From a bacterium (GTDB taxonomy: Bacteria; Hydrothermota; Tepidihabitantia; SM23-42), in assembly GCA_049647125.1 (NCBI GenBank), contig JBARXC010000082.1, positions 26,476 to 90,475 on the forward strand: a DNA stretch of 64,000 bases, read 5' to 3'. A model generated the notes under the pieces. It did not search any database. It was not told the DNA's origin and saw nothing but the letters and a program-made list of their open reading frames with translations. Below are positions 42,800-51,313 of the stretch, one piece after another; position 1 is the first letter of the stretch; each line of letters begins with the position of its first letter. Both the position numbers and the translations under genes were made by a program.

Positions 42800-42830
42800 G
42801 TGGAAGGTTTGGGGAAGATTTCCACTTTTT
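42800..42830 (+). terminator. Second tandem terminator-like hairpin
   Basis: Stem gtggaa/ttccac (6 bp), 14-nt loop, then ttttt. Followed by a third hairpin ctgtgc-taaa-gcacag (42831-42846). Confidence 0.4.
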
Positions 42831-42975
42831 CTGTGCTAAAGCACAGTCGATTTCAGCGATTAATAACAGATGACAGTGATTAAAAAATCTGTGTAATCTA
42901 TGTGTGTATCTCTGTAATCGATGAATCGAAGATTCACGAAGTCCGTCGTTCTACCTAATTATTCCGAATGACATA

Positions 42976-44385
42976 TTATTTTTTTATTTTTACAATTTTC
43001 GTCTTTAAAACTCTATTTTTATTTTTTATTATTAAAAAATACACACCTAATTTTAATTCTTTACCAATATTGATAGTTTCTTGCCCTTTTGTTTTCAAAT
43101 GGATTAATGCTCTTCCCATAATGTCATAAATAGAAATGTCATATAGATTGGTAGGATGTAATCCAGACAATTTTAATTGGTCAGCAAAGATTGATTTAAT
43201 TATTTCTATATTAACCTGTAATTCATATCTTTGCTCTGCTATACCTGTTGAATCCCAGAAATTATTCCTTATCGCATTCCATATATGGTCATAATCACGG
43301 TCATAGCCGAGTGCCCAGCACCCTGCACCCTCGAGCAATGAATCATTGACCATACCAAACTTGATGTCGAGGGATACAGAATCATCGTACCAACATTGAT
43401 GCCATTCGGTTGTGTAATAACGATACCACGGAGTAAGAGAATAATCATCCCAAATTCTGCCATAGGTATTCGCGTTCTGGAAAGCATAATAATATATCTT
43501 TGCTGAAGCCGTACCGGTTGTGGCACTCCCAATATTTTGTGAAACCGTAGGCCAATCATAACCATAATAAGGTATGCCTAAAATTATCTTCGACCCGTCC
43601 ACCCCATATGCTTTATAACTGCCAATTGACTTTGCTGCACAATACTGTCCCCAAAAAGAAGAAGGAACACAAGGCGAGACTGGTCCAGCTATTGATGAAC
43701 CGCTCCAGTGAAAATCATAAGCCATGATAAATAAACCATCGCAATGGTCAGCCAGATAGTCGATGTCATAACCCGGGTACCATTCAGGCACTGCAATCGA
43801 GGCAATATACACATCTTTTCTGCCCCCTGAATGACCCCAGAGTTTAACAGAAAGATCATTGATAAATAGATTAAAACTATCGCGCACTGAACTGGTCACG
43901 AACTCAAAATCGATATTAGCGCCTTCAATACCGTAATTGGTCATGAAATCGCTGATATTATTTATTGCATTCTGTCGTGCTGTTGCATTATTAAGAAAAG
44001 CGGTCACATTGGAACTGCCAAAGACAATAAAGGTCATATGGATCAGAACGCCGTTGGCATGGCTATGGTCACGAATGCAGGTGAAGCGGCTTAGATACGG
44101 AATGCCGCCCAGACTGCCATCTGTCGGATCGATCTCTACTGAGAAATAGGCGATATGCGTAAGCAATTCCATTTGAAAATAATCATAATATATCGTGTCT
44201 ATCCAATACGGGCAATAACCATAATAGTCCTTATTCATCTCGCGCGATCTGGCTTGCAGCGGTACATAAGCGAGTTGTGTCTGACTGACTACTGAAAAAA
44301 CCGCGTCATCCAGATGATTTTCATATTCTATTTGGTGTATTGAAGGTGAATGAGCGAGGAATGCAAGTACTAAAAAAAACATCAT
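42976..44385 (-). CDS. Glycoside hydrolase family 18-like protein with T9SS C-terminal sorting domain
   Basis: GH18-like GANIDFEF (DxE catalytic region, with upstream Asp residues substituted) and FIMAYDFHWSG (MxYDxxG) motifs. C-terminal ...LGVYFLIIKNKNRVLKTKIVKIKK Por-type tail. Confidence 0.7.
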   Translation of the reverse strand: MMFFLVLAFLAHSPSIHQIEYENHLDDAVFSVVSQTQLAYVPLQARSREMNKDYYGYCPYWIDTIYYDYFQMELLTHIAYFSVEIDPTDGSLGGIPYLSRFTCIRDHSHANGVLIHMTFIVFGSSNVTAFLNNATARQNAINNISDFMTNYGIEGANIDFEFVTSSVRDSFNLFINDLSVKLWGHSGGRKDVYIASIAVPEWYPGYDIDYLADHCDGLFIMAYDFHWSGSSIAGPVSPCVPSSFWGQYCAAKSIGSYKAYGVDGSKIILGIPYYGYDWPTVSQNIGSATTGTASAKIYYYAFQNANTYGRIWDDYSLTPWYRYYTTEWHQCWYDDSVSLDIKFGMVNDSLLEGAGCWALGYDRDYDHIWNAIRNNFWDSTGIAEQRYELQVNIEIIKSIFADQLKLSGLHPTNLYDISIYDIMGRALIHLKTKGQETINIGKELKLGVYFLIIKNKNRVLKTKIVKIKK

Positions 44386-44693
44386 TCTGTCCTTGTCCTG
44401 CGCACCCTATTGATGATCAAGAAAATCGCCACGGCGAGGATCAGGATTATAATTATCACAATAATGAGCGTAGAATTAATAAAGATACGTACTTGATCAG
44501 CGTGCTCTTCGGTCATTGAACCCCGGGTATCATCCTGCGCAGCAAGCGTATCGTCCTGCAGACTGTCCTGGTGTAATTTTAGTTCGTGCTGGTGTATGCT
44601 TTCGAAATTAGAATCAGGCATTGAAGATTTAGCTGCAGCGTTTACAATCCCCACAAAAAACATTATAGCAAAAAGCAATATATGATGTTTCAA
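44382..44693 (-). CDS. Small secreted/C-terminally anchored hypothetical protein
   Basis: 103 aa. TTG start with AAGGAG SD. Signal peptide, acidic/His-rich middle region, C-terminal TM (LIIVIIIILILAVAIFLII). 4-nt overlap with the GH18 gene. Confidence 0.35.
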   Translation of the reverse strand: MKHHILLFAIMFFVGIVNAAAKSSMPDSNFESIHQHELKLHQDSLQDDTLAAQDDTRGSMTEEHADQVRIFINSTLIIVIIIILILAVAIFLIINRVRRTRTE

Positions 44694-44711
44694 TTGATTC
44701 TCCTTTATTCC

Positions 44712-44740
44712 ATTATAAATGACTACGGTATGTCTGTCAA
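44712..44740 (-). promoter_or_regulatory. Sigma70-type promoter for the small-protein/GH18 operon
   Basis: Minus strand: TTGACA (44740-44735) - 17 nt - TATAAT (44717-44712). Leader with AAGGAG. Confidence 0.5.
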
Positions 44741-44780
44741 GGAATATCGTCCCCGTTAGATAGCAAACATCTTACCGGGT

Positions 44781-46145
44781 TTATGAAGGGGGTTTACTGA
44801 GTCTTTGGTCAATATCAAGGGCGATCTTTAACCCCTCTTCTTTTGTCTTTATCTTCTCTTCAAGCTGCAAATCGAGGAGTTCCTGAAGGATTACTTTAAA
44901 TCTGGGTCCGGGCTTCAAACCAAGAGCTATTAAGTCATAGCCATTCACCAGTGGTTCAACTTTAGGTTTGGCATCGTCTGCCCTTTTCAACGCGATCATT
45001 CTTATAAAGACTTGCTCAAGGTGCTTTGTCCAACCGGCGGTTGCATAACCATCAGCCCAGGCAATCATCATGGCACCAAGCCAGTCATCGCCCAGGTCCC
45101 GGAAAAACCTGCGAATTGCGCGGTCAGTCAATGCTGAATTCGTTGCCAGCAGATGAAGCCTCATGTGTTCCTTGACTAACTTGCTTGCTGTATTTACATC
45201 GTTGCGCGACATTTTCAAACGTTTAGAGCCAAGCGTACGCATTATCCGACTGCCCTTTGTGTCATGTCCATAAAAATGAATTTCGCCGTTCTTAACAAGC
45301 AGTGTATCTGGCTTGGCAACATCATGGAACAAACCGGCAAGTTTCACCAAAGGTACGCGTTTGGTCTCGGTAAAATAAAAAGAAAACTCAGGCTCAATAT
45401 TTTTGAAAAATCCATCTTTCATAAGATGTTCTAATGCTTCATAGGTACCGAGCGAATGATTCCATAGATAATCATCCTCAATAATCTTTTTCGCTTCAGG
45501 ATATATCTGTAGAAAAAAACCGAGTGAATTCATTTTAAGAATCATGGCAAAGGAATCTGGCGTGGCCATGATGCGCAGCATCTCATAACCAATACGTTCG
45601 GCTGCTACCTTATTTAAGCTCACTTGCTTGGTATATTTAAAAAAGTCCTTGTGCAGACTAAGGCGCAGTTCCAGGGAAAACCTAAACCCACGCAGTACGC
45701 GTAAAGGATCTTGTTTTAGTGCTTGATCAGTAGTCAACCTTAAAATCCCTTTTTTCAAATCCTTGGTACCGTTAAAGGGGTCATAGAATTCAGACGTGTC
45801 ACAATTCACTGCCATGGAATTGATCGTAAAATCGCGCCGCTTCAAATCTGCTTCGATGTCCTTCTTGCCGATACCGATGAAGTCATATATGATATTGTCT
45901 ATGACAACGCGTGCTTCATCATCGGTTTTACTTAAAAGAACAAATGCTCCTTTGGTCTTACGGGCAAAACTGCGCGCAAAGCGAATACCTGAACCAGACA
46001 CTGCAAAATCATAATCAACTGGCTCAATGCCTAAGATAAAATCACGGATAGTCCCGCCCACAAGGTACAGCTTGCGCTTGCCTTTCAGTGCATTGACGCG
46101 CTGAATGCTTTGGTTTTCTGTGATAAATTTCGACAAAGATTCCAT
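44781..46145 (-). CDS. cca: CCA-adding tRNA nucleotidyltransferase / poly(A) polymerase family with HD domain
   Basis: LVGGTIRDFILG...DYDF head-domain motifs. RDFTINS. HD region LFHDVAKP. Confidence 0.8.
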   Translation of the reverse strand: MESLSKFITENQSIQRVNALKGKRKLYLVGGTIRDFILGIEPVDYDFAVSGSGIRFARSFARKTKGAFVLLSKTDDEARVVIDNIIYDFIGIGKKDIEADLKRRDFTINSMAVNCDTSEFYDPFNGTKDLKKGILRLTTDQALKQDPLRVLRGFRFSLELRLSLHKDFFKYTKQVSLNKVAAERIGYEMLRIMATPDSFAMILKMNSLGFFLQIYPEAKKIIEDDYLWNHSLGTYEALEHLMKDGFFKNIEPEFSFYFTETKRVPLVKLAGLFHDVAKPDTLLVKNGEIHFYGHDTKGSRIMRTLGSKRLKMSRNDVNTASKLVKEHMRLHLLATNSALTDRAIRRFFRDLGDDWLGAMMIAWADGYATAGWTKHLEQVFIRMIALKRADDAKPKVEPLVNGYDLIALGLKPGPRFKVILQELLDLQLEEKIKTKEEGLKIALDIDQRLSKPPS

Positions 46146-46151
46146 TATGCT

Positions 46152-46180
46152 ATTCTACTCGGTATACCAATGCCTGTCAA
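46152..46180 (-). promoter_or_regulatory. Sigma70-type promoter (leaderless geometry) for cca
   Basis: Minus strand: TTGACA (46180-46175) - 17 nt - TAGAAT (46157-46152). 6 nt to the ATG at 46145, with no SD. Confidence 0.5.
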
Positions 46181-46216
46181 CGATATATGCAAAAGTATCA
46201 GAGTAACAGTGTATCT

Positions 46217-46240
46217 GTAGTTGCCTGATTTATCAGGCTG
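46217..46240. repeat. Small hairpin element (copy 2 of 2), followed by a second hairpin
   Basis: gtagttGCCTGAtttaTCAGGCtg. Adjacent accccgctccttcataaggggcgtgggt (about 46249-46276) forms a further imperfect stem. Confidence 0.5.
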
Positions 46241-46341
46241 CTCAATAAACCCCGCTCCTTCATAAGGGGCGTGGGTAAATTTAGCCACTACAATATCGTG
46301 AAGATGATGCGACCAAAGTAATCAAATAGACTAAATGAAAT

Positions 46342-49038
46342 TCAAAATCCTATTGACCAACGTAGTTCCCAGGGTTCGTCACTTAAGGTATAAAAAGGAA
46401 CATTAAATGAAAATGGACCAAGGACAAGCCTTGCGCCCATATCAAAAGCAAAGTCGCCGTAAAAGCCGGCATCAGCAAAAAACCTTACCCGTGTATTACT
46501 GGGGAATTCGAGGTTCATACAATACATCTCATCCGATTTGATGTGCAGGGTTTGATACCCCCTCATATTTCCATTACCCGGGATATGGATCCGCTCTTGT
46601 GGTGAAAAAGTTCCGGATTGACCGCCAATAAGATCGGGTATGAAAGTAATACGCAGCGCACCACTCAAAAAGAATTGCTCCTGGATTGGAGGCGTGCCAA
46701 ATATTTTTCCGGCAAACAAACGGATATTGCATGGTAAAAACAGATCTAATTCTCGTTCTATAACTACTGTTGCCTTCATGTAGTTCCAGTCACTGCCAAA
46801 GGTTTCATGGGCTGCGCATAGTCCTAAACCAACGCGCCATGAACCATGCTTGAATGATAGCTCGTTGTCGATCATAATATTTGTGCCAAGTTCCCAGTCA
46901 AGCGTATCAACCGTTCCGTACGAGTAAAGGTTTCGATAAACCAACATACTCTTGATTTCGAGTTGCGGTGTACGGGTCAGTGGAATGCCCAGGTTACTTA
47001 CTAAACCAATCCTTGCTTTATCCTCACCATTGACCTTGGCACCGCTGAGGGCAAGCCGCGTGCGAAACCCCCGTTTAAAAAAAAGTGGTGTTTGGTATTG
47101 AATTGATGGATAGAAATTGGTGCTTTTTGTGCCATAAGTGCAGCCAGCGACCCATTGGTTTCGACCTTTCACAAAATCAAAATCAACAAACTCTGCACCA
47201 GCTAAGTACAACCCTAAAATAATGCCGTCGTACGAGCCATACCATAAATAAGGTGCCCAGATAATCTGGTAAGCATCGAGTGAAGGCAGACTAAAAATCG
47301 GTTTTACCTCGACTTTGCGTGGATAAAAGTTATTCCAGTAGTTAGGCTCGAGTGAATATCCATGAGGATCAATGATCACTTTTTTAATATTTCCGGCAGC
47401 TTCTGGCATGATTATCGTATCGACCTTTGCCCGCGTATCTATACGAAAAACACGCATGCCTGATTCAGCCTCAATGAGCACATCGACCGGCACCAGCAAC
47501 TTGCCCTTATTCTCCACGACCACCTTATTACCCCATACTTTCTCAACTGACCAATCACAATATTCCGTGGTATTGAGAAAAGAATCGAAAAGAGATCGCA
47601 AATCCTCACCGCTTGCATCTTCGCATATCTGGATAAAATCCTCAGTCTTTGGATGTTTAAATTTGTAAGTTTCAAAATATCTTTTTAGAATTCTATCAAA
47701 TCGCTCTCGTCCTAAAATACCTTCAAGGTTGAACAGAAACAGCGCTGGTTTTGAATACGCACTATTGGCATACGCGATCGGCACATCGACATACTCGTAA
47801 GCGGAGGTAAGAATCGGCATTTCTATTTTGTTGGTCTGTGTCAGGTAATAGACTAATTTGTGGTAGTAACGCCTGGTTATAGGCGGCAGAAGCGGTACAT
47901 GAAATTTGAGCAGGGAGTTTTCTCTCCCGTATTTGTCTTCAAGATACCTGATCTCTGTATAGGTCGTAAACCCTTCATCGAGCCACGCCTCATCCATTTC
48001 ATTTGAACCAAGAAGCCCATAGAACCATTGATGACCAATCTCATGAATGATGACAATTTCAAACAATCGAGTGAACGGGTCTTCATCCAAACCAATAATG
48101 ACCAGATGCGGATACTCCATGCCGCCAGAAAAACTACCATCAACAATACTGAGGTTCTTATACGGGTATTTGCCATACCATTGATTATACCGGCTTAGTG
48201 CGTCGATTCCATAAGTGCCAGCATTCTTCCATTTTTTTTCATGCTGTTTCTGAAAGAAAACATAAATATTAATGTCATCAACATTCAATCTTTCGACTGA
48301 GTAATCAGGATCACCTACCCAGGCAAAATCGTGAATGTTTTCTGCATGAAACCTGACAGTTCTCCGTCCACCGGTCTTGATTTTTCTTTTCGCAGTGATC
48401 AATGAATCCATAAAGATAATGTCTTCGGGATCAAGCCGTTCACCCGTTGCCGCTATTACATAGTCACCTGGTACATTTATCACGACATCAAAACTCCCGT
48501 ATTCCCCGTAGAATTCACCAATCGCATGGTAGGTATCAAGATGCCAGCCATCATCATCAAAAACACACACTTTTGGATACCACTGGACCATTTCATAATG
48601 ATTGCCTTGATATCCTAACCTTGAAATATGCTTGGGAATTTTTAAATCGAATACGATCTTAAAACAAGCTGAGTCCCCTTGTTTTATCGATTCATCAAGG
48701 GGTATTATCAGTAGTGTTCCTCTGATTTCAAAATCCAATAAAACTTCACCCCAGCGTACACTCTCGATATCCATATAGCCACGCTCTGAGATATTCACTT
48801 TGGCAAAACCTGGAAAACCCATCTTCTTTGATTCCTTGGCAAACACTGTTTGTTCATCCCGAAAGGCATTGGCATATAAATGGCAATAAAGGGTTTCTAA
48901 AGCAAATGGCGAGTTGTTGAAATAAGTCAAATACTCAATTGCGATTAGGCGGTGTTCTTCAGTATTGAGTTCAGCCTGGATATCGTAGGACACTGCTTGC
49001 TGCCACTGTGATAAAAGCAACAAAAGACTGACAAACAT
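46342..49038 (-). CDS. M1-family zinc aminopeptidase fused to a C-terminal Omp85-like outer-membrane beta-barrel
   Basis: GGMEYP (GxMEN variant). HEIGHQW-x18-E zinc site (HEIGHQWFYGLLGSNEMDEAWLDEG). The C-terminal ~300 aa have amphipathic beta-strand periodicity, NMRGYQ and FFADAGF motifs, and a terminal ...RWSIGF. Confidence 0.75.
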   Translation of the reverse strand: MFVSLLLLLSQWQQAVSYDIQAELNTEEHRLIAIEYLTYFNNSPFALETLYCHLYANAFRDEQTVFAKESKKMGFPGFAKVNISERGYMDIESVRWGEVLLDFEIRGTLLIIPLDESIKQGDSACFKIVFDLKIPKHISRLGYQGNHYEMVQWYPKVCVFDDDGWHLDTYHAIGEFYGEYGSFDVVINVPGDYVIAATGERLDPEDIIFMDSLITAKRKIKTGGRRTVRFHAENIHDFAWVGDPDYSVERLNVDDINIYVFFQKQHEKKWKNAGTYGIDALSRYNQWYGKYPYKNLSIVDGSFSGGMEYPHLVIIGLDEDPFTRLFEIVIIHEIGHQWFYGLLGSNEMDEAWLDEGFTTYTEIRYLEDKYGRENSLLKFHVPLLPPITRRYYHKLVYYLTQTNKIEMPILTSAYEYVDVPIAYANSAYSKPALFLFNLEGILGRERFDRILKRYFETYKFKHPKTEDFIQICEDASGEDLRSLFDSFLNTTEYCDWSVEKVWGNKVVVENKGKLLVPVDVLIEAESGMRVFRIDTRAKVDTIIMPEAAGNIKKVIIDPHGYSLEPNYWNNFYPRKVEVKPIFSLPSLDAYQIIWAPYLWYGSYDGIILGLYLAGAEFVDFDFVKGRNQWVAGCTYGTKSTNFYPSIQYQTPLFFKRGFRTRLALSGAKVNGEDKARIGLVSNLGIPLTRTPQLEIKSMLVYRNLYSYGTVDTLDWELGTNIMIDNELSFKHGSWRVGLGLCAAHETFGSDWNYMKATVVIERELDLFLPCNIRLFAGKIFGTPPIQEQFFLSGALRITFIPDLIGGQSGTFSPQERIHIPGNGNMRGYQTLHIKSDEMYCMNLEFPSNTRVRFFADAGFYGDFAFDMGARLVLGPFSFNVPFYTLSDEPWELRWSIGF

Positions 49039-49045
49039 AATATTG

Positions 49046-49073
49046 ATTATATATATTTCACCCGGTTAATCAA
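49046..49073 (-). promoter_or_regulatory. Sigma70-type promoter (leaderless geometry) for the M1-barrel gene
   Basis: Minus strand: TTGATT (49073-49068) - 16 nt - TATAAT (49051-49046). 7 nt to the ATG at 49038, with no SD. Confidence 0.5.
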
Positions 49074-49193
49074 GGATTGACACCAAAGGGGTCAGAGAGA
49101 AAATCTAGCTTATTATGAAAAAGATTAACTCAAACCTATATCAAGAGCGTGCTAAAAGCACTGAAAAAGGGAATCCGAACTTCTGAGCTTCCC

Positions 49194-49216
49194 AACTTCT
49201 TAAGTTCATCTTCTCC
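49194..49216. repeat. Copy B of the dispersed two-copy element
   Basis: aacttcttaagttcatcttctcc. Lies 13 nt downstream of the stop (49230) of the SurA-like gene on the minus strand. Confidence 0.6.
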
Positions 49217-49229
49217 TAACGGGGTTTAC

Positions 49230-50486
49230 TTATTTGGTATTACCGCTGTAATCTTGGCTTGGGAATTTTTTTACAAAAACCCTGGACTTGAGATCTTTAA
49301 TCATCGCCTCATAGCTCTTTTGCAGTTCCTGTGAATAAAGATATTCTGCAATACCTTCCCTCATTTCTTCAAAGGTCAGTATCTTACCAGGGATTTTTTC
49401 CCTGATATAAATTTGATGATAACCATAAGGCGTAAGCATCGGGTCGCTGAGCTCGCTTTGCTCAAGGTTGATGACAATCGAATCGATGGGCGGCGTGAGC
49501 TGATTGACATAGTATTCACCGATATCAATATTAGGGTCGATCGAGTATTGCCTTGCCAGACTGTCAAAATCAAGGCCCTGGCTAATGAGTTCCTGAAGTC
49601 TCTTGGCAAGTTTCTCACAACGCAGCGTGTCAGCGCTCGTGACCCTTATTTTAATCAGAATCTGCCTGACCAGGACCCAATCCGATCCCTTGTTTAGAAC
49701 CTCCACAAGATGATAGCCTAACCTGGTAAGAAACGGCTCAGACACTATACCGGGTCTCAGCTTGAATACTATACCTTCAAATTCTTCGAGCGTCTCACCG
49801 CGTTTGACCTTGCCGAGCATGCCACCTTTATACTTCGAGTTTTCATCATCAGAGAATTCCTGGGCAATAACACTGAAATCACCGCCCGTGTACAGTAGTC
49901 TGTACACTTCTGCGGCTTGTTCAAACCCTTTTCTCAACTCGGTCTCACTCGCCTGGATCGCTAAAAGAATATGGCCAAGTTTCACGCGGTCTGGACTCGC
50001 CGCAATTGAATCTTTGTTCTCATCATAAAACCGCCTGATCGCGATGGGCGATAGCCTGACCTTTGTAGCGAGCTTTTTTGAAACGAGCCTTTGCATTGTC
50101 AACTCAGCTCTGAGATTCTCCATATTATATTTTTTAAGCTCTTCAAAGCTTATGCCATTCCTTTTCAAGTCTTCGTAGAAATCAGCTTCTGAAGGATAAT
50201 TCTCTTTGATTTCCTCAAGTCTTTTGTCAACCCGTATTTCAATTTCTTCGTCGGCAACTGTTATTGATTCGTTCTCAGCTTCGATCATCACAAGCTTTTG
50301 CGAAATCAATTGGTCGAGAACATAATCCCGCAACTCTTCCAATGTTGTAAATGTTTCCATGGTCGCTCGATCGCTCTGCAGGAAACTCATATTCTCGACA
50401 ACTTCACTTTCCAGGATAACACTACTGCCGACGTATGCTCCGATATGATCAGCCGATATAGTGATGATAAAAAGAAGAATAAACAT
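49230..50486 (-). CDS. SurA-like periplasmic chaperone/PPIase with two parvulin domains
   Basis: SurA_N-like N-terminus. Parvulin 1 (VKLGHILL...GGMLG...GYHLVEVL). Parvulin 2 (VRQILIK...YGYHQIYI). Confidence 0.75.
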   Translation of the reverse strand: MFILLFIITISADHIGAYVGSSVILESEVVENMSFLQSDRATMETFTTLEELRDYVLDQLISQKLVMIEAENESITVADEEIEIRVDKRLEEIKENYPSEADFYEDLKRNGISFEELKKYNMENLRAELTMQRLVSKKLATKVRLSPIAIRRFYDENKDSIAASPDRVKLGHILLAIQASETELRKGFEQAAEVYRLLYTGGDFSVIAQEFSDDENSKYKGGMLGKVKRGETLEEFEGIVFKLRPGIVSEPFLTRLGYHLVEVLNKGSDWVLVRQILIKIRVTSADTLRCEKLAKRLQELISQGLDFDSLARQYSIDPNIDIGEYYVNQLTPPIDSIVINLEQSELSDPMLTPYGYHQIYIREKIPGKILTFEEMREGIAEYLYSQELQKSYEAMIKDLKSRVFVKKFPSQDYSGNTK

Positions 50487-50500
50487 TTATTGACGAATAA

Positions 50501-51313
50501 TTATTCTTTCAAAGAAGAGAGATCGATTTCAATTTTGTACCGAGTTTTTAGACTATCAATATATGATTTCAAGAAACCCTGGTACTTCTTCTGCAAAAGA
50601 TAGTTGTAGATTGCTGAGCTATATTTATTATAGTCGGCTTTAGCATAGACTTTCCTTTTGTCGACCAATTTGACGATCAAGTGGGTACCCTGAATATAAG
50701 GAATTATATCAGAAACCTCACCCACCTTTAGGCTGAAGATAATCTCTTCAGTCCCATAGTCGGAAATTGTCCCGCGATAGAGAAAGTCGGTGATAATCTT
50801 AGGATCATCGGGATCTTCCATCCTGGTCAGGGAACGTTCCCGAGCCAGTTTCAGAAAATTCGCCCCGGCCTTTATCTCTTCAAGAGTCTGCTGGGCAGCT
50901 TCGTAACTGGGTAGCACGATTTGCGCCAGCTTTACGGCATAAAGAAATTCACTTTCGTGTTTGTCAAAATACTCTCTAACCTCAACTTCACCCATTGTGC
51001 TGTCGCTAAATTCTCTCTGGACCAGTGCCATTGCCACAATGTTCTTTTTGTATTCTTCAATGACAAGGCTAATAGAATCTTCCTGATCTATCCCTTGTTT
51101 TTTTGCCTCCAAATACAGTATTTCCTGATCTGCCCAATTCTCGAAGAATTCTTTCAATTTGTCTTCGGGTATTTTCTTATACTCTGTTGCCGGAATGTAT
51201 TTCTCGAATTGGGCTTTGGTTAGCGTCGAACCGTCAACTCTTACAACGATATCTTGCGGTTCTTTACAGGACAATATAAGCAGCGGTATAGCAAATAAAA
51301 TCATTTTCTTCAC
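50501..51313 (-). CDS. Parvulin-type PPIase-like lipoprotein (PrsA/SurA family, degenerate)
   Basis: Lipobox LILSC. Degenerate parvulin domain (VKLAQIVL...GTHLIVKLV). Confidence 0.6.
   Translation of the reverse strand: MKKMILFAIPLLILSCKEPQDIVVRVDGSTLTKAQFEKYIPATEYKKIPEDKLKEFFENWADQEILYLEAKKQGIDQEDSISLVIEEYKKNIVAMALVQREFSDSTMGEVEVREYFDKHESEFLYAVKLAQIVLPSYEAAQQTLEEIKAGANFLKLARERSLTRMEDPDDPKIITDFLYRGTISDYGTEEIIFSLKVGEVSDIIPYIQGTHLIVKLVDKRKVYAKADYNKYSSAIYNYLLQKKYQGFLKSYIDSLKTRYKIEIDLSSLKE

Noticed and set aside
49070-49081. Shared 12-mer tcaaggattgac, also at 54800-54811
   Set aside because: A 12-nt match is expected by chance many times in 64 kb. It is largely explained by -35-like TTGAC/TTGAT words in promoter-rich intergenic DNA.
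49149-49334. 61-aa plus-strand ORF across the SurA-like gene 3' end
   Set aside because: It overlaps a supported gene and the dispersed repeat element. It has no SD or promoter.
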